From an uncultured Pirellulaceae bacterium (lineage in GTDB: Bacteria > Planctomycetota > Planctomycetia > Pirellulales > Pirellulaceae): a stretch of 64,000 bases of DNA. The stretch covers positions 252,285 through 316,284 of the forward strand of contig CAZNXJ010000002.1 of NCBI GenBank assembly GCA_964577115.1. Reading direction: 5' to 3'. Shown here one piece after another: positions 20,413-30,135 of the stretch. Within the stretch, counting starts at the first letter, position 1. Each line of letters begins with the position of its first letter. The notes beneath the pieces are model-generated. The model was not told the DNA's origin and searched no databases. It was given only the letters and a program-made list of their open reading frames with translations. A program made the translations under genes and the position numbers.

Positions 20413-22329
20413 ATGAGCGTGTTGCAAAAGCAATTGTGCATGGATGTTGCGCACCCGAAAGGTTCGGCGTCGCGGATGGCTTATCAATCTCTGAAACGTG
20501 TGCTCAGCGAGACGAGCCTCGAGCGGAAATGCCGGTACTGGTTCGGCCTTAGCCTGTTGTTACTGATCGCTAGTGCATTTCTTTGGGTCGATCAGGTTGC
20601 CGAAGAGCCAGTCTATCGCGCGCTCGAACAGGAACGCTTGTCGGCCCAGCAGCGCGGTCAGGCCTTCGCCGATATGACGATGGTCAAGATCCACTTTCTT
20701 GGCTGGTCGCGCGGCGAAGACGAACGCGAACTGGTCAACGAGCTGCTGGATGAGCTGGTCGATCAGCATTTCTCGGCCGAGATCGTGGGCTTCACCAAAA
20801 ACGACAAGCTCGACGTGCGCGAGCCGCGCGAGCCGTGGGAAGCGGAAGTGCTACGCGAACTGGCGGCCGAAGTGCGCCAGCACTCGGCGGGAATGTCTGA
20901 TACGCCAGCGGCGAGCAACGCGGCAAGTGGTGCTTCGCGTGATCACGCACGGGAAGGCGAAGCGTCCGGGGTGGCTGCTATGGCGGAGCTGACGCGCGAC
21001 GATCTTTTGCCGGGCGAGGGGGACAAGCGGTTCTTCCGCGAGCGGATTGTCCCGGAGAAAGGCGAGTACCACTACGTTCAGGTGTACTGGAAGAAGAGCT
21101 GCGTCGAGTGCCACCTGTCGCCTTCCAGTGCCGGAGCTGTATCGGCGGCCGCGGCCGATCAGTTCTCGCCGACGGAACTGCCCGTACGTGCCGTAAAGAT
21201 CGTGCTGCCCTATAGCGAATCAAAAGCGGCGATTCATTACATCCGAGCGATTCTGACGGCGACGGGAATCCTCACGTTCTTCTTCGCCATGGGCTCGTTG
21301 TACATCATTGTCCGCTACATGATTGTTTCGCCGCTGAAGCACTTGCGGGATGTCAGCGACGAGATCAGCCGCGGCAACACCGAGCTGCGGGCTGAGATCC
21401 ATACAAGTGATGAGTTTGAGGATCTAGCCGAGTCGTTCAACCGGATGTTGCGGCACCTGACCGATGCGCAGGCAAACCTGCAAAAGGTGAATCACGATCT
21501 GGACGCGAAGGTGGACGAGCTCGCTCGGCTGAACATGCGGCTCTACGAAATGAACCGGGTGAAGAGCGATTTCCTCGCGAACATGAGCCATGAACTGCGA
21601 ACGCCGCTGAACAGCATCATCGGCTTCTCGGAGGTCCTGCAAGGGATCAGCTCGCTGACCGACAAACAGAAACGCTACGCGCAGAATATCCAGAAGTCCG
21701 GGCGTGTGCTGCTCGAGATGATCAACGACATCCTCGACCTGGCGAAGATCGACGCGGGCAAGATGGATCTGAAGCCCACGGAGTTTCGCATCGAGGCGAT
21801 CGTGCACGCTCAGTGCGATATGGTGCGAGCGCTGACCGAAGAGAAGAATATCGATCTGTTGTGCGAGGTGCAGCCGGACCTGCCGCCGCTGTTTACCGAC
21901 CAGTTCAAGGTCCAGCAGATCCTCACGAACCTACTTTCCAATGCCATCAAGTTCACGCCGGAAGGAGGCCGTATCACGGTCAGTGCGTCGCGCGATGACG
22001 AGTCGCGCCTGGTGCTTACGGTGGCCGATACGGGGGTAGGAATCGCGGAAGAAGATCGGGAAATCATCTTTGAAAAATTTCGCCAGAGCCGCAATGTGAT
22101 CGGCTCGGACGGGTTGACGCGCGAGTACTCCGGAACGGGCTTGGGGCTGTCGATCGTCAAGGAACTGTGCCGCTTGCTGCGCGGCTCGATCGACTTCGAA
22201 AGCGAACTGGGCAAGGGGAGCACGTTCCGGGTCATCTTGCCGTGGACGGTGGACGATTTGCCCACGGACAGCTCGCCGTCGGAAGCCCGCCCCGCCAGCA
22301 CGCTGCGCCCTGAACCTTCGCGAACCTGA
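20413..22329 (+). CDS. Membrane sensor histidine kinase (TM sensor, HAMP, HisKA, HATPase_c)
   Basis: H-box SHELRTPLNSIIGFSEVL, N-box QILTNLLSNAIKFT, G-boxes DTGVGI and GTGLGLSIV, and hydrophobic TM segments. The 20266 start is probably too early because it overlaps priA. Confidence 0.8.
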   Translation: MSVLQKQLCMDVAHPKGSASRMAYQSLKRVLSETSLERKCRYWFGLSLLLLIASAFLWVDQVAEEPVYRALEQERLSAQQRGQAFADMTMVKIHFLGWSRGEDERELVNELLDELVDQHFSAEIVGFTKNDKLDVREPREPWEAEVLRELAAEVRQHSAGMSDTPAASNAASGASRDHAREGEASGVAAMAELTRDDLLPGEGDKRFFRERIVPEKGEYHYVQVYWKKSCVECHLSPSSAGAVSAAAADQFSPTELPVRAVKIVLPYSESKAAIHYIRAILTATGILTFFFAMGSLYIIVRYMIVSPLKHLRDVSDEISRGNTELRAEIHTSDEFEDLAESFNRMLRHLTDAQANLQKVNHDLDAKVDELARLNMRLYEMNRVKSDFLANMSHELRTPLNSIIGFSEVLQGISSLTDKQKRYAQNIQKSGRVLLEMINDILDLAKIDAGKMDLKPTEFRIEAIVHAQCDMVRALTEEKNIDLLCEVQPDLPPLFTDQFKVQQILTNLLSNAIKFTPEGGRITVSASRDDESRLVLTVADTGVGIAEEDREIIFEKFRQSRNVIGSDGLTREYSGTGLGLSIVKELCRLLRGSIDFESELGKGSTFRVILPWTVDDLPTDSSPSEARPASTLRPEPSRT

Positions 22330-22413
22330 TCTCGCGGGCGATACGCTCTTCCCCAAACCCGTCCCCCTTAACTCTTCCTCCCTGATCCCCGAACTCTGAG
22401 GCCGAACTCTCTC

Positions 22414-22881
22414 ATGCCCACACTACCGGAAGTCGAGCTGTACACGGATGGCGGCTGTAGCGGCAATCCGGGACCTGGAGGTTGGGCGTTCATCCTGCGG
22501 CATCGCAAGACGGGCCGCGAGATGGAGCAGTTTGGCGCCGAGCCGGTAACGACGAACAACCGCATGGAGTTGATGGCGGTGATTCGTGGGCTGGAAGCGT
22601 TAAAGCGCCGTTGCCGCGTCGAGCTCTACACCGACAGCGCTTATGTGGGCAAAGGGCTGACGAGTTGGATGCCGAAATGGAAGCGAAATAACTGGCGGCT
22701 GAGCGGCAACAAGCCAGTAAAGAACGTCGAGCTCTGGCAGCGGCTCGATGAATTGCTCCAACGCCACGAAGTGGTCTACAAACCGGTCCTCGGCCACAGC
22801 GGCCATCCCGAAAACGAACGCTGCGACCAGCTCGCCGTCGCCGCGTATCAGAAGTATTTGCACGGTTCGGGACGGGGATGA
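22414..22881 (+). CDS. rnhA: Ribonuclease HI
   Basis: [28 protein letters not shown] plus a C-terminal [14 protein letters not shown]. 155 aa. Confidence 0.9.
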   Translation: MPTLPEVELYTDGGCSGNPGPGGWAFILRHRKTGREMEQFGAEPVTTNNRMELMAVIRGLEALKRRCRVELYTDSAYVGKGLTSWMPKWKRNNWRLSGNKPVKNVELWQRLDELLQRHEVVYKPVLGHSGHPENERCDQLAVAAYQKYLHGSGRG

Positions 22882-22925
22882 ACGGTGTGCGCGGAGCTAC
22901 GGCGCAAGTGCGGCGCAGCGTGGTG

Positions 22926-25064
22926 CTAGCCGACGTCGCTTAGCTCGAGCGCGCTGCCGTAGCGGACGAGCACCATGCGGCGCAGGCGGTGCCAGGCGGG
23001 GTCGGCGAGCTGCGGGTCGGCGGCGACGAGCGTCTGCGCGTCGCGGCGTGCTTCTTCGAGCAGCTCTTGGTCGCGGCGCAGATCCGCCACGCGCATCGGG
23101 GGCAGGCCGTGCTGGCGAGTGCCAAACAAGTCGCCCGGACCGCGTAGTTCGAGGTCCGCTTCGGCCAATGCGAAGCCGTCCGATGTCGAGCAGAACCGTT
23201 CGAGCCGTTCGCGTATCTCGTCGCTTTCGGTGCTCCCGAACACGCATACGTACCCCGGATAAATGCCGCGGCTTACACGGCCCCGAAGCTGGTGAAGCTG
23301 AGCCAGCCCGAATCGTTCGGCGCTTTCAATCGTCATCAGCGTCGCATTCGGGACGTCAATGCCGACTTCGATGACCGAGGTAGCGACCAGCACCTGCGTC
23401 TCGCCCGAGGCGAATTTTTCAAGCGCCGTTTGCTTGGCCCCACTAGGCATCCGGCCGTGCACCAGATCCACGCGGAACTCTTCGAGCACGTCGCACGCCA
23501 GTTGCTCAAATGCCCGCTCGGCACTGACGGTGGTCGCTTCGTCAGCCTCTTCGCTCTCGTCGCTGCCTTGGCTTTCCGCGTTTTCCTCGACCAGCGGCGA
23601 GACAACGTAGCCTTGCCGGCCTTCGCGCAGCTTCCGCCGGAAGAAGTCCCACCAGGCCTCGCGCTGGCTGGCGGAACCAAGGTACGTATGCACCGGCTGC
23701 CGACCGGCGGGCCCCTCGCGCAGCACGGAGACATCGAGATCGCCGAACAGCGTCATGGTGATTGTGCGCGGGATTGGGGTCGCGGTCATGACGAGGTAAT
23801 GCGGTGCCTGGCCCGCCTGCTTCATGCGCGCTCGCTGAGCAACGCCGAACTTGTGCTGTTCGTCGATCACCACCAGACCTAGCCGAGCGAACTGGACGGA
23901 GTCTTGTTCGACGGCATTGGCGATCGCATGCGTGCCCACCACGATGTCGACTTCGCCGCGACCGATTTCCTCGAGCAGTGCTAAACGCTGGGCCTTGGTC
24001 AATTGCCCGGTCAGCAGCCGCAGGCGAACTCGGCTGTTTGTCAGGCGGCGTTCGAGCGTCGCAAGATGCTGGCGAGCGAGCAGTTCGGTGGGGGCCATCA
24101 GCACAGCCTGGTAGCCGTGCGCAACGGTCTGAAGCATGGCAAACATGGCCACGAGCGTTTTGCCCGTCCCGACGTCGCCCTGGAGCAGGCGGTTCATGGG
24201 AACGGGGCGAGCCAGGTCGGCGGCAATCTCCTCGATGGCCCGTTGCTGGTCCCTTGTCAATTCGACGCCCAGCGTTCGCTCGATGCGCCCCCGAATCGTT
24301 CCGGTCAGCGGCAGCTCGGGCGCCGTTACACCGAGCGTTAGCGACTGGCGGCGCATCGCGAGTGCGATTTGAAGAACGAGCAGCTCCTGGTAGATGAAGC
24401 GTCGCCGAGCGGCTTCGAGGTCGGCGGCGTCACGCGGCATGTGGATTTGCTGTACGGCCTGATGGATTGGCAGCAACCGATGCTGCTCGAGGTACTCGGC
24501 GGGAAACACCTCTTCGAGATCCTCGGCGTACTGCTCCACGATGCGCCGCACGAGACGCCGCATCACCGGCTGGCTCAGCCCCTGGGTCAGTGAATAGACG
24601 GGCAGCAGGTTGCCGCGCGGCGGTCCGGACGCAGCGTCATAGGGATGCACGTCGGGATGCGCGATTTCCCAGCAGCCATTGCGCAAGCGGGCCGTGCCGG
24701 TTACGAGCAGCGTTTGTCCGCGCTGGAACCGATGCTGCATGAACGGCTGATTGAACCACACCGCTCGGAGATAATCGTTCTCTTGGCGGATCAGCACGCC
24801 GAGCAGCGTGCGGCCCTCGGAAAACGACCGCAGCTCGATCTCCTCCACGACGCCGCACGTCGTGTATTTCTTTCCACTCTGAAAGTCCGCTATCGCGGCG
24901 ACCTCGACGAGGTCCTCGTGTGTTCGTGGAAAGTAGAACAGCACGTCGCGCACGGTGTTCAGCCCGAGCCGCTGGAGCGGTTCGACGCGGCTAGCGGGAA
25001 ACCCCGGCACGCGGGTGAGCGGCGTTTTCAGGCGGTTGATCGCATTGTCGGGGGCTGTCTCCAT
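22926..25064 (-). CDS. recG: ATP-dependent DNA helicase RecG
   Basis: Wedge or OB-fold N-terminal domain, helicase motifs GDVGTGKT, VIDEQHKFG and a C-terminal LHQLRGRVSRG. 712 aa. Confidence 0.9.
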   Translation of the reverse strand: METAPDNAINRLKTPLTRVPGFPASRVEPLQRLGLNTVRDVLFYFPRTHEDLVEVAAIADFQSGKKYTTCGVVEEIELRSFSEGRTLLGVLIRQENDYLRAVWFNQPFMQHRFQRGQTLLVTGTARLRNGCWEIAHPDVHPYDAASGPPRGNLLPVYSLTQGLSQPVMRRLVRRIVEQYAEDLEEVFPAEYLEQHRLLPIHQAVQQIHMPRDAADLEAARRRFIYQELLVLQIALAMRRQSLTLGVTAPELPLTGTIRGRIERTLGVELTRDQQRAIEEIAADLARPVPMNRLLQGDVGTGKTLVAMFAMLQTVAHGYQAVLMAPTELLARQHLATLERRLTNSRVRLRLLTGQLTKAQRLALLEEIGRGEVDIVVGTHAIANAVEQDSVQFARLGLVVIDEQHKFGVAQRARMKQAGQAPHYLVMTATPIPRTITMTLFGDLDVSVLREGPAGRQPVHTYLGSASQREAWWDFFRRKLREGRQGYVVSPLVEENAESQGSDESEEADEATTVSAERAFEQLACDVLEEFRVDLVHGRMPSGAKQTALEKFASGETQVLVATSVIEVGIDVPNATLMTIESAERFGLAQLHQLRGRVSRGIYPGYVCVFGSTESDEIRERLERFCSTSDGFALAEADLELRGPGDLFGTRQHGLPPMRVADLRRDQELLEEARRDAQTLVAADPQLADPAWHRLRRMVLVRYGSALELSDVG

Positions 25065-25372
25065 GCCCGTATCTTACGAACCTACCGCCGTATCACGGAA
25101 TCGCTGATACGGCCAAATCCCAAGCCGCATGAAGGACCGGTGACAGGCAAGCGGAGCCGTTAGCCCCATGTGCGCGCGTATTGCGCACGCGCGGGCTGCT
25201 GGGGCAGGGTAGGGGGCGAACACCCCATTGCGCCGCGGCTTGTGACATTCTTAAAGTTCACCAACCCACATCTCGGCTGGAATACGGCGCCCGCCTGAGC
25301 TGTCTCCGGGCACCGCGTCGTGACTCGTGATCGCCGCCGAAGCAACGCCATTGCGGCACGTGGCGACGCGAG

Positions 25373-26575
25373 TCAGACACGCTCGAGGTCTTCTTCGACC
25401 ATCCACTGCTTCGGATCGTCCGCATTGCGCGTTACGCGGCGGTACAGCGTATCACGCTCGACCGGCTCGCGGCCCGCCTCTTCGATCAGGCGGCGGATTT
25501 GATCGACCGCCAGCATCTGAGGCGTCGTGGCTCCGGCGTCGTGGTAGATCAGTTCGTGGCGCACGGTGCCGTCCAGGTCGTCGGCACCATAGGCGAGCGC
25601 CGTCTGTGCGACGCCCAGCCCGAGCATGATCCAATAGGCTTTGATGTGAGGGATGTTGTCGAGCATCAGCCGCGAGACGGCCATGGTGCGCAGGTCGTCG
25701 ATCGCCGACGGCTTCTTGATGTGCGCGAGCCCTGTGTTTTCCGGATGGAACGCCAACGGAATAAACGTCTGGAAGCCGCCCGTCTCGTCCTGCAACTCGC
25801 GCAAACGCACCAGATGATCGACGCGGTGATACGGCTCCTCGATGTGGCCGTAGAGCATCGTGCAGTTGGTTTTGATGCCCAGTTGATGCGCAGTACGGTG
25901 GATGTCGAGCCACTTGCCGGCATCCGCCTTGTGTTCGCAGATCCGATCGCGCACTTGCGGATGAAAGATTTCAGCGCCTCCGCCCGGCATGCTGCCGAGC
26001 CCCGCGGCACGCATGTCTTCAAGCACCTCGCGGACGGATTTCTTCGAGAGGAACTCGAACCAATTGATCTCGACGGCCGTCCACGCTTTCAAGTGCAGCT
26101 GCGGATAGGCCTCATGGAGCAGGCGGACGATCGAGACGTACCAGTCGTACTTCATCTGATGATGCAGCCCGCCGACGATGTGCATCTCCGTGCAGCCCGT
26201 CTCGACCGCTTCGCGTCCGCGCTCGAGGATCTGCTCGTCGGACATCATGTATCCCTTCGGATCTCTGAGGTCCGAGCGGAACGCGCAGAACGTGCAGCGA
26301 TAAACGCAAATGTTCGTCGGGTTCAGGTGCGTGTTGATGTTGTAGTACGCGACGTTCCCGTTTACACGTTCACGCACGAGATTGGCCAATTCGCCGACTT
26401 CCTGAAGCGGCGTATCCGGCTGGAAAAGTAGCATTCCATCGTCGAAGGTCAGGCGTTCGCCGGCTTCGACTTTCCGGCGGATTTCTTGGAGCGTCACAGG
26501 GGCAGAGGCCATATTGGAAACTCGGAATTTCGAAGTGCACGTGTCGGTCAAGGATGATCGGCGGCCCGCCGGCAA
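25373..26575 (-). CDS. mqnE: Radical SAM menaquinone (futalosine-pathway) enzyme, MqnE/MqnC family
   Basis: CVYRCTFCAF is a Cx3Cx2C radical-SAM motif. Length and conserved blocks fit MqnE or MqnC; I cannot tell the two apart by eye. An alternative start is 26512. Confidence 0.7.
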   Translation of the reverse strand: MPAGRRSSLTDTCTSKFRVSNMASAPVTLQEIRRKVEAGERLTFDDGMLLFQPDTPLQEVGELANLVRERVNGNVAYYNINTHLNPTNICVYRCTFCAFRSDLRDPKGYMMSDEQILERGREAVETGCTEMHIVGGLHHQMKYDWYVSIVRLLHEAYPQLHLKAWTAVEINWFEFLSKKSVREVLEDMRAAGLGSMPGGGAEIFHPQVRDRICEHKADAGKWLDIHRTAHQLGIKTNCTMLYGHIEEPYHRVDHLVRLRELQDETGGFQTFIPLAFHPENTGLAHIKKPSAIDDLRTMAVSRLMLDNIPHIKAYWIMLGLGVAQTALAYGADDLDGTVRHELIYHDAGATTPQMLAVDQIRRLIEEAGREPVERDTLYRRVTRNADDPKQWMVEEDLERV

Positions 26576-26576
26576 G

Positions 26577-27473
26577 TCAGCCCAGCCACAGGTCCAGGGA
26601 TCCTACCGCGAACAGACCGATGCTGATCACCGCATTCACTTGGAAAAAGGCCACGTTGACGCGCGTCAGGTCGTCCGGACGTACGAGCCAGTGTTCGACG
26701 GCCAACAAGACGGCGACGGCCCCGATCCCCGTCGCGTATAGTCCGCCGAGGCCCAGTTGTGGGGCAACGAACGGCAGGGCGGCGAGCAATAGCACGGTGC
26801 CCGCATGGCACGCGGCCGCCAGCCGAAGGGCTCGGCGAACGCCCCATCGAGCGGGGATGCTGTGCAGTTTGGCCTGCCGATCGAATTCTGCGTCCTGGCA
26901 AGCGTAAATCATATCGAAACCGGCCACCCATAGCAGGACGGCTCCGCCCAGCAGTATGGCAGGCAGGATGTCCGCCGGGGTGCCAAGCAGCACCTGGCCG
27001 CGGATCGCAATCCAGGTCGAGACCGGGGCGAGCATGAGCGAGAGGCCGAGCCAGAAATGGGCGAGATGGGTGAAACGTTTCGTGTAGCTGTAGAGGAGTA
27101 AGACGGCGAGCACGGGAACGGCGAGCAGCAGGGGCAACCAGTTCGGCAGAAACAACAGCGTGCTCGCCACAAAGGCGACGCTCATGACGAGCGTGAACAG
27201 GATGACACCCGGCACGCTGAGTTCGCCGCGCGGCAGGTGTCGGTTGGCGGTACGAGGATTGAGCGCATCGAGCTCCCGGTCGACGATCCGGTTGAACGCC
27301 ATCGCCGCACTCCGCGCCGTGACCAGGCAGAGCAGGATGCCAAGCAAATCGCGTCCGCGAAACATGGAACCGGGGAGCGACCACGCCATCATCGCGGCTA
27401 GCAGCGCAAACGGCATCGCGAACACCGTATGGCTGAACCGGATCATCTCGAGGATACGTCGTATTGTTCCCAT
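26577..27473 (-). CDS. UbiA-family polyprenyltransferase (menaquinone prenylation, MqnP-like)
   Basis: A multi-TM protein with two Asp-rich motifs (NRIVDRELD, and a second near FDMIYACQDAEFD) of the UbiA family. Confidence 0.75.
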   Translation of the reverse strand: MGTIRRILEMIRFSHTVFAMPFALLAAMMAWSLPGSMFRGRDLLGILLCLVTARSAAMAFNRIVDRELDALNPRTANRHLPRGELSVPGVILFTLVMSVAFVASTLLFLPNWLPLLLAVPVLAVLLLYSYTKRFTHLAHFWLGLSLMLAPVSTWIAIRGQVLLGTPADILPAILLGGAVLLWVAGFDMIYACQDAEFDRQAKLHSIPARWGVRRALRLAAACHAGTVLLLAALPFVAPQLGLGGLYATGIGAVAVLLAVEHWLVRPDDLTRVNVAFFQVNAVISIGLFAVGSLDLWLG

Positions 27474-27490
27474 AGCCGACTGCTGACTGG

Positions 27491-28198
27491 TTAATTCGAA
27501 TCGCCCGAGCTCCAGCGGCGCATCAGCGCATGATCGACGACGCCCAGTTGGTCGAGAATTCTCGCCACGACGAAATCAATCAAATCAAAGACGCTCCGCA
27601 CGCCGTGATACCAGCCCGGCATGGCGGGGAGCACCACGGCGCCGCACTCGGCGGCAAGCCGAAGGTTATTGAGGTAGCCGCGAGAGAGCGGAGTTTCGCG
27701 CGGCACGAGGATCAGTTTTCGCTGCTCCTTCAAGTGCACCTCCGCGGCTCGCTCGATTAAATTGCCGCTCGCTCCGTGCACAACGCCGCTCAGCGTGCCG
27801 CCGGAACACGGGCAGATTACCATACCCCGCGTGCGGTACGAGCCGCTCGCGATCGGGGCCATGAAATCCTGTTCGCCGTGATACTGCACGCGTGCTGCTG
27901 CGGTTGAATCGAGCGACACGCCGCTGCCGCCCGCGGATGTTTCGTACGCATTGCCAAAACGTGACCACCAGGGCGTGCCCTGCGAGGTTTCGAGGAGCTG
28001 ATGGAGCTGAAATGCGTCGAGCTGCACGTGGACGTCGAGTTCCTGCGCGAGGACGGTGGCTGCCGAGCGGCTGATGGCCAGGTGCACGTGGTGACCGCGG
28101 CCGAGCAGCACTTCGAGCAGCCGGACTGCGTAGGCAGCACCGCTTGCGCCGGTCAGGGCGAGAACGAACGGTGGCGAATCGAGCGTCATGGCGGTCAT
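27491..28198 (-). CDS. ubiX: Flavin prenyltransferase UbiX (prenyl-FMN synthase)
   Basis: FVLALTGASGAAYAVRLLEVLL is a flavoprotein Rossmann N-terminus. About 235 aa. Confidence 0.8.
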   Translation of the reverse strand: MTAMTLDSPPFVLALTGASGAAYAVRLLEVLLGRGHHVHLAISRSAATVLAQELDVHVQLDAFQLHQLLETSQGTPWWSRFGNAYETSAGGSGVSLDSTAAARVQYHGEQDFMAPIASGSYRTRGMVICPCSGGTLSGVVHGASGNLIERAAEVHLKEQRKLILVPRETPLSRGYLNNLRLAAECGAVVLPAMPGWYHGVRSVFDLIDFVVARILDQLGVVDHALMRRWSSGDSN

Positions 28199-28950
28199 TT
28201 CACGCCCACGTATAAGGTCGCAACACCAAACGTCAACGTCGTTGCGCGTGCATCGCGAAGCCCTGCTGCACGCATGCGATCGAGCAGCGCTTCGCCCGAG
28301 GGAAATTCGCTGACACTCGCGGGCAGGTAACCGTACGCCTCCTGATCGTTGCGCGCAAGCCGCTGACCGATTTTCGGTAGGATGCGGCGGAAGTAGAAGC
28401 CATACAAGCCCGCCATCGGCTGCCAGGTCGGCGTCGAGAATTCAAGCACCGCGACGCGGCCGCCCGGCCGGCAGACTCGATACATCTCGCGCAGGCCTTG
28501 ATCCGTATCGGCCACGTTGCGCAGACCGAAGGCGACCGACACCAGTTCGAATGTATTATCAAGAAACGGCAGCCGCTGCGCGTCGGCTTCGACGAACTGC
28601 ACCTGCCCGTCAATTCCCAGCCGCTGGCGTTTGCGTTCGCCGATCTCGAGCATCGGGCGGCAAAAGTCCGCGCCGACAATCTTCGCCTGGGGACCCATGC
28701 GGCGAGAAAACGCGAAGGCGAGGTCGCCGGTTCCGGTACAGACGTCGAGCACCGGGCCCGGGGAGCCGGGCGAAGCCAGCCGAGCGGTCCGCCAGCGCCA
28801 GTAACGGTCGATGTTCATCGACAAGAGGTGGTTCAGGCGATCGTATTGCGGAGCGATCGCGCTGAACATCTGGCGGACGCGGGCGTTCGACTTATCGACC
28901 GGCATGGAGATCGTTTGTCGGGAAGGTGGGATCGTCTCGCCCGGCGGCAA
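28195..28950 (-). CDS. ubiE: Demethylmenaquinone / ubiquinone C-methyltransferase UbiE/MenG
   Basis: VRQMFSAIAPQYDRLNHLLS and SAM motif VLDVCTGTGDLAF. Its stop overlaps the ubiX start. Confidence 0.85.
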   Translation of the reverse strand: MPPGETIPPSRQTISMPVDKSNARVRQMFSAIAPQYDRLNHLLSMNIDRYWRWRTARLASPGSPGPVLDVCTGTGDLAFAFSRRMGPQAKIVGADFCRPMLEIGERKRQRLGIDGQVQFVEADAQRLPFLDNTFELVSVAFGLRNVADTDQGLREMYRVCRPGGRVAVLEFSTPTWQPMAGLYGFYFRRILPKIGQRLARNDQEAYGYLPASVSEFPSGEALLDRMRAAGLRDARATTLTFGVATLYVGVK

Positions 28951-29095
28951 CCGTTGACCGAGCGAGGCTCCCCTGGATGCGGGCTAGTACCGCAAGACCC
29001 GATAGGCTCATAACGGGCCTTGCGGCCCAGGGAATCTCGCACGATACCGTAAGGACCCCGTTTTGACGAGGCAGGAGCCCCAAGGACGCGATGCC

Positions 29096-29854
29096 ATGAT
29101 TAATGCGTATTTTCTTCCGAGCCTGCTTGGCGAACCTCAGATTGTCGGGCGCGCGGTGGTGGTGATTGACGTCCTGCGCGCGACCACGACGATCGCGCAG
29201 GCCCTGGCATCCGGGGCGCGCGCCGTCGTGCCGTGCGAGCACATCGAGGAAGCTCAGCGCCTCGCAGCCGAATTAGGGCCGGATGCCGTGACCGGGGGCG
29301 AACGGGGCGGGCGGCGCATCGAGGGTTTTCAGCTAGGAAATTCGCCGTCCGAGTACACTCCGGAAGCGGTCCAGGGAAAGATCGTTGTATTCACGACGAC
29401 CAACGGCACTCGGGCGATGCAGCGCTGCCGCTCGGCTCGGCGCATCCTACTCGCCGCCTTCACGAACTTCTCGGCCGTCTGCCAGGCGCTCGACGACGAA
29501 CCCGATTTCGACATCCTATGCGCGGGAACGGACGGGCACATTTCGCGGGAAGACGTGCTGCTGGCCGGCGCGATTGTGGCCGACCGCCTCGGTTGTGCTC
29601 GCCATGCCCACCAGTCGCTGAACGACCAGGCCGAGATCGCCGCGGACGTCTGGCGGCGGGTGGCACGCGAGACGTTCAGCCATCAGCCGCTCGCGCGCAT
29701 CCTGCGCGATAGTCTCGGCGGCCGCAATTTGCTGGAGATTGGGCACGAAGACGATATTGAACTGGCCGCTCAGCTCGATCGGCTCGACGTTGTCCCCGAA
29801 CTCGATATTTCCACCTGGCAAATCCGCTGCGCCGGCGCCTCGCCCACTCCCTAA
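29096..29854 (+). CDS. 2-phosphosulfolactate phosphatase (ComB) family protein
   Basis: MINAYFLPSLLG...VVVIDVLRATTTIAQAL...FTTTNGTRAM matches ComB-family conserved blocks. ORF 29063 with an internal start at 29096. Confidence 0.65.
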   Translation: MINAYFLPSLLGEPQIVGRAVVVIDVLRATTTIAQALASGARAVVPCEHIEEAQRLAAELGPDAVTGGERGGRRIEGFQLGNSPSEYTPEAVQGKIVVFTTTNGTRAMQRCRSARRILLAAFTNFSAVCQALDDEPDFDILCAGTDGHISREDVLLAGAIVADRLGCARHAHQSLNDQAEIAADVWRRVARETFSHQPLARILRDSLGGRNLLEIGHEDDIELAAQLDRLDVVPELDISTWQIRCAGASPTP

Positions 29855-30135
29855 CCCCCGCCACCTCCACCGGATACGCGCGCGTTCGACCGTCGAGGCA
29901 TCGGCCGCTGAGACTTCATCGCGTCACTCGGCACAAATACGGCATTGCCGTTACGCACGCTACTTTCCTTCCTTTTCCGCCCTCCTCGTTCCTCCTGCGG
30001 CCTCGGCGATTTCATCAAGCGCTCAAAATTTGAGCGCCTTCATTGAGTAGTGCGCCTTGGCAACGTACACTGAAGAGCCACATCAGCGGGACGGTCGTGT
30101 TCAGCGGGGAAATTGCATGCAGGAACAGAGGCGTG

